DNA of 64,000 bases from a virus. Below are positions 30,368 through 41,400 of this stretch, piece after piece. The translations under genes were made by a program, and so were the position numbers. The stretch lies in the IMG/VR virus record IMGVR_UViG_3300025039_000014, positions 32,001 to 96,000 of that record, one strand, 5' to 3'. The notes beneath the pieces were generated by a model that worked only from the letters and a program-made list of their open reading frames with translations, did not search any database and was not told the DNA's origin. Each line of letters begins with the position of its first letter. The first letter of the stretch is position 1.

Positions 30368-30405
30368 TCTCTAATTTATGGTTACATTCCACACTAGGCA
30401 AAAGA

Positions 30406-31938
30406 GTGAACCGCATGGATCTCAAGAAACTCGTCAAGCGTCGCCATCCCGAGTTCGCGGGAAAGCTGACTCACTGGCAGTTCCTCCATGCCACTTATCA
30501 GGGTGGACGGGATTGGTTTGACCAACACATCTTCCGCTATCTGAAAGAAGGCGATTGCGAGTTCAAGGATCGCAAGTCACGCGCCTACCGTTTCAACCAC
30601 ACCCGAGAAATCGTCAACCTGGTCAACAAATACGTCTTTCGCGGTGACATCACCCGCAAGAAGGACGCTGACAAGGCGATTCTCGACTTCTGGAAACGAA
30701 CCACTCGCGACGGCATCTGCATCGACGAATTCATGCGTCAGGCAGATATCGAATCCTCGATCTACGGTCGCGTCTGGATCGTCGTCGACTCCACCCACAA
30801 AGGCGAAGCGGTATCCAAGGCCGACGAGCGTTTGAACGGCTCGAAGACCTACGCCTACGTGGTGCCACCGACCCACATGCTCGATATGGGCACTGACGAT
30901 GACGGCCAACTGCTGTGGATGTTGTTCTACGAACCGACCCGAGACGACGATGACCCGTTTACGTCCTCCGGTGCGATCGAGGACCGCTGGCGTCTCTGGA
31001 CCCGAACGAGCTGGTCTCTGTATGCCCTGAGTGAAGAGAAAGGGCCGGACGGCGAGCCCCTGGTCATCGAGATGGATAAGGGCGACAACCACCTGGGCGA
31101 AGTGCCGGTGGTGCCGCTCGACGCGATGGTCTGTCATGAGTCGCGCTACTCGTCACCGGCGCTGATCAATGACATCGCCTACCTGGATCGAGCGGTCGCC
31201 AACTACCTCTCGAACCTCGACGCGATCATCCAGGACCAGACGTTTTCGCAGCTGGCGATTCCGGCGCAGAACATGATGCCGGGCGACAAGGAATACAACC
31301 AGATGGTCGCGATGGGCACCAACCGGGTGTTCGTCTTCGACGGTGGCGAAGGTGGTTCAGGCCCCTTCTTCCTCTCGCCTGACGTCAAGCAGGCGCATCT
31401 GATCCTCGAAGTGGTCAGCAAGATCATCAACGAAATCTACCACTCGGTAGGTGTCGCCGGTGAGCGGACCAAAGAGGACAACTCGAAGGGTATCGACAAC
31501 AGCTCTGGCGTCGCCAAAGCCTACGACTTCGAGCGGGTCAACAGCCTGCTTGCATCGAAGTCGAGCGCCCTGCAACGCGCGGAGAACCGAATTTCCCGAC
31601 TGGCGGCGATGTATGCCGGAGTCGAGATGGACGCGGATGACCGCGTCGTGGATTACCCGAAGTCGTATGACGTTCGGGGTCTGACGGATGAATTCGCTGT
31701 GGCCGAGCAACTGAGCCTCATCGACGCGCCGGAAACCGTCAGACGCGAGCAGATGCGCTCGCTGGTCGACAAGCTCTTCCCGAACCTCACGGACGATGTG
31801 CGTGCGGCGATCGAGAAGGAACTGGAGAAGTTCCCCGCGTCACCCGAAGCCTTGCCTGGCATGCCGCCACTTCCGCAGCAGCCGGCACAGCAAGAGGATG
31901 ACGCCCCTACCCAGCAGGACCAGTGGACCGCCGAGTGA
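30406..31938 (+). CDS. portal protein
   Basis: Position after terL; size; YGRVWIVVD, LGEVPVV, SGVAK motifs. Confidence 0.85.
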   Translation: MNRMDLKKLVKRRHPEFAGKLTHWQFLHATYQGGRDWFDQHIFRYLKEGDCEFKDRKSRAYRFNHTREIVNLVNKYVFRGDITRKKDADKAILDFWKRTTRDGICIDEFMRQADIESSIYGRVWIVVDSTHKGEAVSKADERLNGSKTYAYVVPPTHMLDMGTDDDGQLLWMLFYEPTRDDDDPFTSSGAIEDRWRLWTRTSWSLYALSEEKGPDGEPLVIEMDKGDNHLGEVPVVPLDAMVCHESRYSSPALINDIAYLDRAVANYLSNLDAIIQDQTFSQLAIPAQNMMPGDKEYNQMVAMGTNRVFVFDGGEGGSGPFFLSPDVKQAHLILEVVSKIINEIYHSVGVAGERTKEDNSKGIDNSSGVAKAYDFERVNSLLASKSSALQRAENRISRLAAMYAGVEMDADDRVVDYPKSYDVRGLTDEFAVAEQLSLIDAPETVRREQMRSLVDKLFPNLTDDVRAAIEKELEKFPASPEALPGMPPLPQQPAQQEDDAPTQQDQWTAE

Positions 31939-31989
31939 CCGGCGCCCACACCACCCGATAGGCCAAGAGACCGGCCATAGGAGCTTGAG

Positions 31990-32901
31990 ATGAAGAAGTC
32001 GAAGTCGAAGTCGCGATTCTGGTTTGCGCGCTTCAACCAACTGAGCGTTCCCCTGATGGCCGAAGCCGATGACGGCAGTAACGGCGGTGACGGTGGCGGC
32101 GCAGCCGGTGGTAGCGGTGAAAGCAAGCCGAACGAAAAGCCCGATGGCGAAGGCGCTGGTGATACCGGTGGCGACGACAAAGGCGCTGGAGACGGTGACA
32201 AAGGCGGTGACGACAAGGGTGGCGAAGGTAAGCCCTCCGAGTCCGAGGCGAAGCTGCTCAAAGAGGTCATGACGCGCAAACAGGCGCAGAAAGACTTGGA
32301 GAACAAGCTGAAAGCCTTCGGGGAAGTGACCCCGGAACAGGTCAAGGCGCTGCTGGATGCCGAAGCAACCCGCAAGGCTGCCGAAGCGGATGCGCAGAAG
32401 TCCGACCTGGAGAAGCGTGGCGAGTTCGATCGGCTCAAGCAGGTAATGCTCGATGAGCACGAGAAGACGGTCGGCACGAAAGATACGCGGATTGGCGAGC
32501 TGGAAACGACCAATCAGTCCCTGATCAAGCAGATCGAGGACATGACGGTCGGTGCGAGCTTCGCGAGTTCGAAGTTTATCGGCGAAGAGATGCTGCTGAC
32601 CCCGAGCAAGGCTCGTGTGGTTTACGGCACTCACTTCGACGTGAAGGACGGCAAGGTTGTCGGTTACGACAAACCTGCCGGCGCCCCGGAGCGGACCACG
32701 CTGGTGAATGGTCGCGGCGAGCCGCTGAGCTTCGAGGACGCCATGAAGAAACTGGTCGAGATAGACCCGGAACGCGACAGTCTGCTTCGCAGCAAGTCAA
32801 AGCCCGGCTCTGGATCGAATCAGCCCGCGGGCGGGCCAAAGGATGAGAAGGTGTCGAAAGGCATCGGTCGAATTTCCGCTGGTCTTGCCTCTGAACTGTA
32901 G
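31990..32901 (+). CDS. capsid scaffolding protein
   Basis: G/D-rich N-terminus, coiled coil, GSGS tail; precedes the capsid gene. Confidence 0.8.
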   Translation: MKKSKSKSRFWFARFNQLSVPLMAEADDGSNGGDGGGAAGGSGESKPNEKPDGEGAGDTGGDDKGAGDGDKGGDDKGGEGKPSESEAKLLKEVMTRKQAQKDLENKLKAFGEVTPEQVKALLDAEATRKAAEADAQKSDLEKRGEFDRLKQVMLDEHEKTVGTKDTRIGELETTNQSLIKQIEDMTVGASFASSKFIGEEMLLTPSKARVVYGTHFDVKDGKVVGYDKPAGAPERTTLVNGRGEPLSFEDAMKKLVEIDPERDSLLRSKSKPGSGSNQPAGGPKDEKVSKGIGRISAGLASEL

Positions 32902-32924
32902 GGTTTTTCAGAGAGGTCATTGCC

Positions 32925-33815
32925 ATGCCTTTGCTAGTTGAAGAGGCCGCCAAACTGTCCGAAGCGGACGTCAAACGCGGCATCATCGAAGAGATTATCG
33001 ACAAGGAAGACCTGCTCGCCGTTCTGCCGTTCGTGCAGACCGCCGGCAAGTCTTACGACTACAACCGCGAGAAGACGCTGAGCGAAGCCGAGTTCCTCGA
33101 TCCGTATGACGCAGTGCCGGAAGGCGGCGCCACGTTCGAAGAAGTCACGACCAAGCTGCGCATCCTCGCTGGCGACGTCGACATCGACAACTTCCTCGCC
33201 GAAACCCAGTCCGATCTGAACGACCAGGTGGCCATTCAGGTTCAGGCAAAGGCCAAGGCAATCACCCGCAAGTTCCGTCGTCATCTGGTCCAGGGCGACA
33301 GCGTTACCGAAGCCAAAGGCTTCGACGGCGTGTTCAAGCTGGTGAACGCCGATCAGCGTATCGCCGGTGGCGAGAACGCCATGTCGTTCACGCTGCTCGA
33401 CGAGCTGCTGGACGCTGTGCCGAACGGTGCCGACGTGCTGTTCATGCACTCCAGCCACATTCGTGCCCTGCGTGCGCTTCTGCGTGCGACCGGCGGCCTG
33501 GAGCCGGCCCACGTCATGATGCAGAACTTCGGTCGCCCGATGCTGACGCACAACGGCGTGCCGATCCTGGTCAACGACTTCATGCCGGTGACTGATAACG
33601 CTGGCGTCAAGTCCGCGTCCATCATCGCCACCCGCCTGAACGAGTCTGACGGCCTGCACGGTCTGTTCGGTGGCACGTCTGCCGGTGTCCGCTTCGAGAA
33701 AGTCGGCACCGTCCAGAACAAGGATGCGACTCGCTACCGCGTCAAGTGGTATGCCGGTCTCGCCCTCAAGTCCACTAAGTCGCTCGCGACTGCGGACGCT
33801 GTGAAGCTGAGCTGA
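32925..33815 (+). CDS. major capsid protein
   Basis: Position and size; GDVDIDNF, FDG, RYRVKWY. Confidence 0.9.
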   Translation: MPLLVEEAAKLSEADVKRGIIEEIIDKEDLLAVLPFVQTAGKSYDYNREKTLSEAEFLDPYDAVPEGGATFEEVTTKLRILAGDVDIDNFLAETQSDLNDQVAIQVQAKAKAITRKFRRHLVQGDSVTEAKGFDGVFKLVNADQRIAGGENAMSFTLLDELLDAVPNGADVLFMHSSHIRALRALLRATGGLEPAHVMMQNFGRPMLTHNGVPILVNDFMPVTDNAGVKSASIIATRLNESDGLHGLFGGTSAGVRFEKVGTVQNKDATRYRVKWYAGLALKSTKSLATADAVKLS

Positions 33816-33834
33816 TTTTTTTCGGCGACAGCTG

Positions 33835-33854
33835 GTAAGTCATAACTTACTTAC
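33835..33854. promoter_or_regulatory. operator copy 9
   Basis: GTAAGTCATAACTTACTTAC. Confidence 0.75.
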
Positions 33855-33858
33855 CGAA

Positions 33859-33889
33859 GGGGCGGATGGGGAAACTCACCGCCCCTTTT
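33859..33889 (+). terminator. terminator after the capsid gene
   Basis: GGGGCGG...CCGCCCC followed by TTTTT. Confidence 0.7.
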
Positions 33890-33907
33890 TACCATCAGGA
33901 GACTGCC

Positions 33908-34438
33908 ATGAAAGTTCGTATCGTCGATAAAGTCCTCGCCGGCTACACCGGCATGCTCTATCAGTTCGAATTCCTCGATGGCGTCAACCTCACCGACCTG
34001 ACAGATGCTCAGGCGGCGATGATCGGCGCTGTCATGCGTGTCGAGAACGTGGAATCCGGCCAACAGGTCGGTGCAGGCGTCGACGCGATCAATGCTCGGA
34101 ACGTGACCCTGTCCGACGCCCAGGCCAAGGAGCAGATCACCGCGGATCAGACCGCAGTGGATAACGCCTCAGTCATCAAATCCCCCAGTGAGATCGACGA
34201 CGATGCGACCCATGACAGCGTTGTCGTGATCAACGAAGACACACTCGCGGCAACTACTCCGGTGGTGACGCTGAGCGAACCGACGGCTGCCGAAGTCTGG
34301 ACGGCCGATTCTCTGGCCGCTGTCGCAGATGCCAAAGGGATTGCCGGTCTTCGCGCCATCGCTGAGCCGAAAGGCATCAAGGGTCGCTCGATCAACGAGC
34401 TGATCCGCGAAATCCTCGCGGCCCAAGCGGAGAAGTAA
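33908..34438 (+). CDS. head-associated protein with HeH-like C-terminus
   Basis: AGGAG RBS; GIAGLRAIAEPKGIKGRSINELIREIL. Confidence 0.7.
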   Translation: MKVRIVDKVLAGYTGMLYQFEFLDGVNLTDLTDAQAAMIGAVMRVENVESGQQVGAGVDAINARNVTLSDAQAKEQITADQTAVDNASVIKSPSEIDDDATHDSVVVINEDTLAATTPVVTLSEPTAAEVWTADSLAAVADAKGIAGLRAIAEPKGIKGRSINELIREILAAQAEK

Positions 34439-34441
34439 GCC

Positions 34442-35248
34442 ATGATCATCCGTGACGCCGGCGATGCTATCACCCTGTCCTTGAGCACAGCCGACTTCGG
34501 CACCGTCTCCGAGGTCAACTACCGCATCATCAACGCCTCCGGCGTCACGGTGCAGGAATCCGTGGCTGCAACTCTCGATGCCCTGTCCCAGATGGCCGTC
34601 GTCGAGATTCCGCAGTCTCTGACCGCCCTGCCCGATGACATGGACCGGATGCTGCTGATCGTTCGTTTGGACGTCCTGGGTAGCCAGGGCTCGTTCGTTG
34701 ACGAACACCTGGTCATGGTCCGTCAGCGCAAGACCCTGGTGATTCCGGCCGAGTCCTTTCAGACGGTCAACGACGCCATCCTGCGCTCGATGGACATCAT
34801 CGACATCGACAACTGGCATACAGCCGACGCGGACGCCCGCCGTCTCGCGCTGATCGAAGCCGGTGCCCGCCTCAAGCGGATTCGCTACCTGGTCTTTGGC
34901 GATCGCACCTACGTGCCGATGAACCGGATCACGATCTATCCCGACCTGACCGATGACGATGATGACTTCGGCGCACATCTGTTCGAATACATGAATCGAG
35001 ACCAGTTCCTCGCCCTGCCCCGTTCGTTCCTGCGCGATCTCTACCGCGCCCAGATCATGGAAGCCGACGTGATCCTGGGACCGGAGACCGCCGAGCAGAA
35101 ACGTCTGTCCGGGATCATGTCCGATACCGTCGGCGAGACCTCGCAGATGTTCCGCACTGGTCGCCCGGTCGAGCTGCCGGTTTCCAAGCGGGCATTCCGT
35201 GAGATCTGCCGCTGGATCGACAACGTCTGGAGAATTGGTCGTGGATGA
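34442..35248 (+). CDS. head-tail adaptor, putative
   Basis: Position; RRLALIEA and VGETS motifs. Confidence 0.6.
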   Translation: MIIRDAGDAITLSLSTADFGTVSEVNYRIINASGVTVQESVAATLDALSQMAVVEIPQSLTALPDDMDRMLLIVRLDVLGSQGSFVDEHLVMVRQRKTLVIPAESFQTVNDAILRSMDIIDIDNWHTADADARRLALIEAGARLKRIRYLVFGDRTYVPMNRITIYPDLTDDDDDFGAHLFEYMNRDQFLALPRSFLRDLYRAQIMEADVILGPETAEQKRLSGIMSDTVGETSQMFRTGRPVELPVSKRAFREICRWIDNVWRIGRG

Positions 35249-35948
35249 TCGCCTGGCGCTGCACGACAGCTATGCCGAGCAGGCGCGGCAGTTGGAGCAG
35301 CACTTCGCGTTCACCGTCACCGGCGTCAAGGAGACGGCTGTGCAACGGGCTCGCCTCATGGGTGGGCTCGCTCGCATGATCGACGACGTGCAAAGCGGCC
35401 TGAACCTGGCGGCGGACATGCGTCGCAAGGGCTATCGCCAGCTGGTCGACGAGATCACGTCCAGCTCTCCACGGACAGGCGCCTATTTTGCAGGCAGCTC
35501 CTATTCACACGACTTCGACGGGTATTTCAGCTTCGCGGCTGAACTGGCCACGACCCGGCTTGAGCAGGACGTGAGCAACCGGATCGCGCAAGTCATGCGT
35601 GACATTCGTCAAATCGCGCTGATGTCTCGCTCCATGCGCGACAACAGACGCTGGGATCAATCCGCAGCGCTCCTACGAGCGCGTGAGAGCGTCGAAAATC
35701 GTCTTTCCATATCAGCGGATAGACGCGGACGCGAACAGCGCACAGAGCGCTTTTCTGCGCTGCTGGTGCGAGGTCTGTCCGTGGGAATGATGGTTGACTC
35801 GACAGTGCTGCACGGGGCGACCGATCGCTACAAGCTGTTCAGCTACGACGCCGATGACCTGGGTGAACTGACTGCCGCCGAGTTCCAGGAGCGCCGGGAA
35901 GAGATTTTCCATCCACAGAGCCGTCGATTTCTTGTGCCCATATCGTAA
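35241..35948 (+). CDS. hypothetical virion morphogenesis protein
   Basis: GTG start overlapping upstream gene; C-terminal FHP. Confidence 0.55.
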   Translation: MDDRLALHDSYAEQARQLEQHFAFTVTGVKETAVQRARLMGGLARMIDDVQSGLNLAADMRRKGYRQLVDEITSSSPRTGAYFAGSSYSHDFDGYFSFAAELATTRLEQDVSNRIAQVMRDIRQIALMSRSMRDNRRWDQSAALLRARESVENRLSISADRRGREQRTERFSALLVRGLSVGMMVDSTVLHGATDRYKLFSYDADDLGELTAAEFQERREEIFHPQSRRFLVPIS

Positions 35949-35964
35949 GTAAGTGCTTACTTAC
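35945..35964. promoter_or_regulatory. operator copy 10
   Basis: GTAAGTAAGTGCTTACTTAC. Confidence 0.8.
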
Positions 35965-35982
35965 AAGGTCTCAGAGGGTAGA

Positions 35983-36345
35983 ATGACCATGTTTCGAGCC
36001 AACACGATGTGTCAGTTGCAGGCGAGAGCGGGTTTCGACGAATACGGCGATCCGCAGTTTGGTCCGTCAAAACGAATCAAGTGCTCCGTGGTTCGTCTGG
36101 CTAGATCGAGCGCTCCCTCTTCGGTTCGAGCGGACAGCTCAGGGTCACGCGGCAAGGCGGATCAGATGGAGTCCGACGCCGTTATCCTGATGCCGCCTTC
36201 CTGGGAGCCCTCGATGGGGGCAAAGGTCGCGATCCTCGGGATGACCCTCGAGATCGTCGGTATGCATCCGCGGCTCAACATCATGGGGCGCCTGGATCAC
36301 TACGAGGTGAGTCTGAACGCATGGCCATCAGCGTCAAGGGCATAG
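35983..36345 (+). CDS. head closure protein, putative
   Basis: GFDEYGDPQF...LDHYEV; position. Confidence 0.65.
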   Translation: MTMFRANTMCQLQARAGFDEYGDPQFGPSKRIKCSVVRLARSSAPSSVRADSSGSRGKADQMESDAVILMPPSWEPSMGAKVAILGMTLEIVGMHPRLNIMGRLDHYEVSLNAWPSASRA

Positions 36346-36803
36346 GCACTCTCAATCGGCGTCTGGAGACAATCTCCGAGCGCACCGATCGCGAACTATC
36401 CCTGCTGCTCAAGAAGGCGGCCATGGAGATGAAGCACCGCGTCGAGCAACAGACGCACCGCGACACCGGCGCGCTGGAGTCGGCGATTCGTCTCAAGGAG
36501 ACGCGAACTGGCATCAACGGTCGGCGTGCCTACGAGGTTTTCGTCGATCCCGAAAAGCGCCGTAGGGTAAAGCGCAAGGGTTCCTGGTCTCGCCAGCGTG
36601 TCGCGACCTACGCCCGGCGTCTCGAGAATGGAGACTGGGGCGATAAGCTCGGGCCTCGCTCTCGCGCCAAGAACAATGAGATCGCTGGCAGTGGCATGCG
36701 AGTGGGACCAGGGTTTTTCTCGCGTAGCGCAGCCTACGTCTACGACCGGTATATCGGCCAGATGCGCCGAGCTGTGAAGCGCATAACGCGCAGGAGGCGG
36801 TGA
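36321..36803 (+). CDS. HK97 gp10-like neck protein
   Basis: RDTGALESAI...YARRLE...PGFFSR. Confidence 0.75.
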   Translation: MAISVKGIGTLNRRLETISERTDRELSLLLKKAAMEMKHRVEQQTHRDTGALESAIRLKETRTGINGRRAYEVFVDPEKRRRVKRKGSWSRQRVATYARRLENGDWGDKLGPRSRAKNNEIAGSGMRVGPGFFSRSAAYVYDRYIGQMRRAVKRITRRRR

Positions 36804-37177
36804 TGATCGCGATGGCAATTGCCAACCGGCTGCGCGGCGTGATCGACGACGCCCCGGTCCACTTCAACTTCATTCCGGCGGATGAGCAGATCGCCATCAT
36901 GGTCGATTCGCCAATCCCCGGATTCGAGCTCGATCCCGAACTACCGGGCTACTTCAACGATATGTTCGAGGTCGTGATTCGGCACACCACAGCGCGTCAT
37001 GGGCTGGAACTGTGCCGACAGGCCGTCGACAAGCTGGTCATCACAAACCAGCGGTTCGGCGATTATCACTTCAACTTCATCCGTGCGATCACCGAGCCCG
37101 CGGTATACCCAACGGCCAAAAGTGGACTCCGAGAGTTCGCGGTTCGCTTCGAGTTCAGTTGTTACCAAGCCATCTGA
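36800..37177 (+). CDS. tail terminator, putative
   Basis: Position before the tail tube gene; size. Confidence 0.65.
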   Translation: MMIAMAIANRLRGVIDDAPVHFNFIPADEQIAIMVDSPIPGFELDPELPGYFNDMFEVVIRHTTARHGLELCRQAVDKLVITNQRFGDYHFNFIRAITEPAVYPTAKSGLREFAVRFEFSCYQAI

Positions 37178-37192
37178 CACAGGAGAGACACA

Positions 37193-37672
37193 ATGGCTCG
37201 CGAAAACATCAAACTGGGTGCGTGCAATGTCACGTTCAAAGACACTGCGTTGGGTCTGACCAAGGGTGGCGTCGAGGTCGCAGTCGAAACCACCACTTAC
37301 GAAGTCAACGTCGATCAGCACGGTGATGCGGCCGTTGACGAGTGGATCACCAAGCGTGCATTCACCGTCACAGTGCCGCTGGCCGAAACCACACTGGAAC
37401 TACTCGGCCTGGCCCTGCCCGGCTCAACCGTCATTGCCGGGCAACTGGTCGTCAAGAATGCGGTCGGTCTGTCTCTCATCGACGGCGCCGGCGAGCTTTC
37501 GCTGATGCCGCAGAACGGCACCGCCGATGACAAGGTGGTCTTTCCGAAGGCGAACACCGCCGGCAACTTCTCGTTCGCGTATCGCCACAACGAAGAGCGC
37601 GTCTACTCGGTGGAATTCAAGGTCTACCCGGATGACGAGCAGGTGTTGGCCATGTTCGGCACTGCTGTATGA
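37193..37672 (+). CDS. major tail tube protein
   Basis: LGLTKGGV...DQHG...VPLAE...ERVYSVEF. Confidence 0.8.
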   Translation: MARENIKLGACNVTFKDTALGLTKGGVEVAVETTTYEVNVDQHGDAAVDEWITKRAFTVTVPLAETTLELLGLALPGSTVIAGQLVVKNAVGLSLIDGAGELSLMPQNGTADDKVVFPKANTAGNFSFAYRHNEERVYSVEFKVYPDDEQVLAMFGTAV

Positions 37673-37686
37673 TTTGAGGCTAGACA

Positions 37687-37706
37687 GTAAGTCAGCACTT
37701 ACTTAC
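37687..37706. promoter_or_regulatory. operator copy 11
   Basis: GTAAGTCAGCACTTACTTAC. Confidence 0.75.
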
Positions 37707-37754
37707 TATTAGGGGCCTGAGATGGCCCCTTTTTCGTTCCCCGGAGCAACACCC

Positions 37755-38096
37755 ATGGAAATCCTCAACCTCGACGAAATGAGCAATGTGGTGAAGCAGT
37801 TCACCTACAAAGGCGAGACCTACGACATCTGCGAGATCAGCCTGGACGGCTTCATCGAGATGACGACAGCTCAGAAAGACGCAGAGGCGAAGGAAGCCGC
37901 CGGGGAGATGACCCAGAAAGACCTGATCGTGTCCTACCGCGACATGATCAAACGGATGATTCCGGCGATCACCAACGAGACGCTGGGCTCGATGTCGATG
38001 CGTCAGCTCAAGACCCTGATGGATTTCATCAACACCGGCGAGATCGACCAGGACATCATCGAGCAGGCCAAAGCCGAAGCTGACGCAAAAAAGTAA
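37755..38096 (+). CDS. tail assembly chaperone (gpG-like)
   Basis: Between tube and tape measure genes; ends GCA AAA AAG TAA. Confidence 0.8.
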   Translation: MEILNLDEMSNVVKQFTYKGETYDICEISLDGFIEMTTAQKDAEAKEAAGEMTQKDLIVSYRDMIKRMIPAITNETLGSMSMRQLKTLMDFINTGEIDQDIIEQAKAEADAKK

Positions 38097-38428
38097 GCGG
38101 GTCAGATGAGCCGGAAATCGAGGCGATAGACCTCGGTTTTTACCTGTCCCGCGTGATGCGGTTCTACGCCATGAACTACAGGGAAGTCCTCGCGCTTCCC
38201 TTGCACACGTTCTGGATGCTGAACCGAAATGTTTCCCGAATCCAAGCCGAAGAAGACCTTCGCGCATTCCGCCTCCTGGTAGCTGCACAGCATGGGGAAG
38301 GTGCCGCCGAGACGTTCCGTGATCTCCAGACAGAGATCGGCACGCCGGTCGTCACTGTTGCCCGCATGCAAACCGGTGCGATCCAGCGCCTAAAGCAGTT
38401 GGCGGGAGCAGGGAATGAACGACGATGA
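38087..38428 (+). CDS. tail chaperone gpT-like extension via -1 frameshift
   Basis: Slippery A AAA AAG at 38087-38093; the -1 frame is open to 38428. Confidence 0.75.
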   Translation, partial: KKVSGSDEPEIEAIDLGFYLSRVMRFYAMNYREVLALPLHTFWMLNRNVSRIQAEEDLRAFRLLVAAQHGEGAAETFRDLQTEIGTPVVTVARMQTGAIQRLKQLAGAGNERR

Positions 38429-41400
38429 CATTCAGGTAGTCCTGACCCTCGAGGACCAGGAATTCACTCTCGGCATCAAGAATGCCAAGCGGCTCATCAA
38501 CGAATTTCGAGGCAGCGTCCACTCAGCCGCTTCATCGAACAAGAAGCTCGATACCTCCTTCGAGCACCTGGTCAGTCGAACCCGCGATTTCACCGTCATT
38601 CTAGCCGGCGCCCAAGCCGCCCTTCGCACGATCTGGGATACCACTGTCGGTTGGCAGATGCAGATCATGCGCGCAGCCGGCGACATCGAAAAATTCCAGG
38701 TGATGATGAAGGGTATGTCGCAGGAGACCAGCAACGCCTCCCGCGAGCTGGAAGCTCTCAGCAATACCAAGTTCATTACCACGTTCGCTCAAAACGCTCC
38801 CTTCAAGATGGACGCGCTGATCGACACCTTCGTCAAACTCAAGACGGTCGGCATCGATCCCACCAACGGCAGCATGAAGTCGCTCACCGACTCGGTGGCG
38901 GCCTTCGGCGGCAACTCCGACATCCTTCACCGCGCCTCGATCGCTATCCAGCAGATGGTCGGTAAAGGCGTCATCTCGATGGAAGAACTTCGCCAGCAAT
39001 TGGGTGAAGCCGTCCCGCGTGCCATGGAAATCATGGCTCGATCGATGGACCTGTCGATGGGCGAACTGGTCGGAAAGATCCAGACCGGCACCGTGGAGTC
39101 GCGTTCAGCCATCTCCAAGATGCTGTCAGAGATGACATTGGTCTTTGGCGGTGCCGGCGATCGCATGATGACGACCTGGGACGGCGTGCTCCAGTCACTT
39201 GAGGTGAAGTGGAAGCTGTTCCTCAAGGAAGTCGCTGGTGATGGTGACGATGCCAGCAGCTATTTCAGCACGATCAAGGAAATGGGCCGAGACCTGTCTG
39301 ACTGGCTCTCTTCTCCCGAAGGATTGCAGTTCGCCAAGGACATGAGCGCTGCCCTCGCCGACATGGCTATCAAAGCGCAGGAGCTCTTCACCTGGGTCTA
39401 TCAGAACCGCGACGCCATCATTCAGCTCGGCAAGGCAATGCTGACCTATTTCGTTGCCTCGCGCATCACGATGGGTATCGCCAACATCATCGGTGCGCTG
39501 CGCAACATGAGCGTATCGACTGGCATGGTGGCGACAGGCATGCGGGACTTCTCTTCGCAGATCGGGAAAGTCCGGGCGGCAAATAGCGCTATGCAGGCAT
39601 CGCTTGCCACCTCGAACAGCGCGATGATGAACCTCAGCACCCGCGCCACGACACTGGTCGGCAACGTCGGTCGCATCGGCCTGGCTTTTGCGGGCCTCGC
39701 GGGGCCGATCGGTATTGCTGTGTCGATTATCGGCACCGCAGCGATGGCATTCATCAACATGCGCCGGGAGAGTAACGAGCTCGCGGCCAGCATCATTCGA
39801 ACGCGAGGTGTTGCAGCCACCGACAAGACGCTTGATGAGCTGGCCGAGCAGCGCGAGGAACTGGATCGTCAGTTGGCCAACCAGCAGAAGACTCTCCAGA
39901 ACATCGAGGGCGGAAGCGGTCAAAATCTTCTCGCGAGACTACTCGGCTCTGACAATGAGAGCAGCAGCGAGATCGTTAAGGGTCAGCTTGAGAAGACCCA
40001 GAATGAAATTCAGAAAAACCTCGAGGCCACCCGGCTATCGACAGAGGCCATGACGCAGCGTCAGGTCGATTTGGCGGTGTCTGCGACGCAGCGAATCGTC
40101 AGTGACGGCATGTCACCACTACAGGCAGCTTTCGATAAACGAAGTGTCGAGCTGTCGAAGCAGCTCAATGACGCCAAGGGCGACGCCAAAGTCGTGAAGC
40201 AGATTCACGACGATCGCCTGTCGGCCGCAGAGAATCTGCGCGACGGTCAGGTAGAAATCCTTGATCAGCAGATTGTGGCTGAGCGTGGTCGCCTGGCGAA
40301 ATTGCAGGAGCTCAATGGCGCGATCACGGATGAAGAACAGGCGTCCAGCAACGCTGTCGTCAACTACCTGAACGATCGCAAGACTCAGGTAGCCCAAGCA
40401 TTCGAGAATTTCCGGCAGACCTACAACGCGGCGAACCAGTTCGTCGTCAAGCCGACGAAGCCGACGAAGCTATCCAAGGCAGACGACCCCGCTTATATCG
40501 CCAAGCAGCAATCGGATGCGGCGATCAATTCCGCCGAACGTCTTTTCAAGTCGCTGGATGTTCAGGCAGCGAAGGCGCAGGGTCAGCTGGCAGAGACTAA
40601 CCCCATTCTCGAACAAACCAACGAGAAACTTCGACAGCTCTGGTCACAGGTCAGAGTCGAGGACATGCCAGCGTTCGAAGCGTTCAGCGAAAGCGCCCGC
40701 GAAGCCGCCGAAAACCTCTATCAGTTGCAGCAGCAGAAGAAGGCAACCGATGAGAGCGATCGCGCCTACATGAAGATGTTGGGCGACACTGCCGGCGCTC
40801 TGGACGACACCGAAGAGGGACGACTGCTTCGCGCTAAGGTGCAAACCCTCGAGATCGCCGAGCAGGTCAAAGAATACGACAAGCTGATCGCCCGGATGCG
40901 CGAGTTCAACGTCGCGCCGGAAGAGATTCAGAAACTCGAGGCTGCCAAAGCCGCCTATCAGTCATCGGCCATGGACAAGGTCTCTCGCGATGCCGAATCG
41001 TCCTGGCAGTCGATGCTGCGCAGCATGCGCGAGTTCAAGACCGACTGGGCGGGCATGTGGCAGGACTCGTCCAACATGGCGATCGACGAGATGGTCCGGT
41101 TCGCCAAGTCGGGCAAGCTCTCCATGACCGGACTCATCGACCACGTCCTCGAGCAGCTTCTTCGCATCCAGTTGCAGAAGAGCATGGTTACGCCTCTGAG
41201 CAATCTGCTCGATGCCGGCGTCAACGCGGCGGTGGGTTACTACACCGGCGGCATGGGCGGTGCGCAATCCTATACCGGATCATTCGGCGCCAACCTCGGC
41301 ACCGGCTCTCAGACCCAATCCTACGGCGGCAACTTCGGCTCCTACCTCAAGACCACCGCAAGCGCGATGGGCAACATCATGACCGAGTGGGGGCCGGCCA

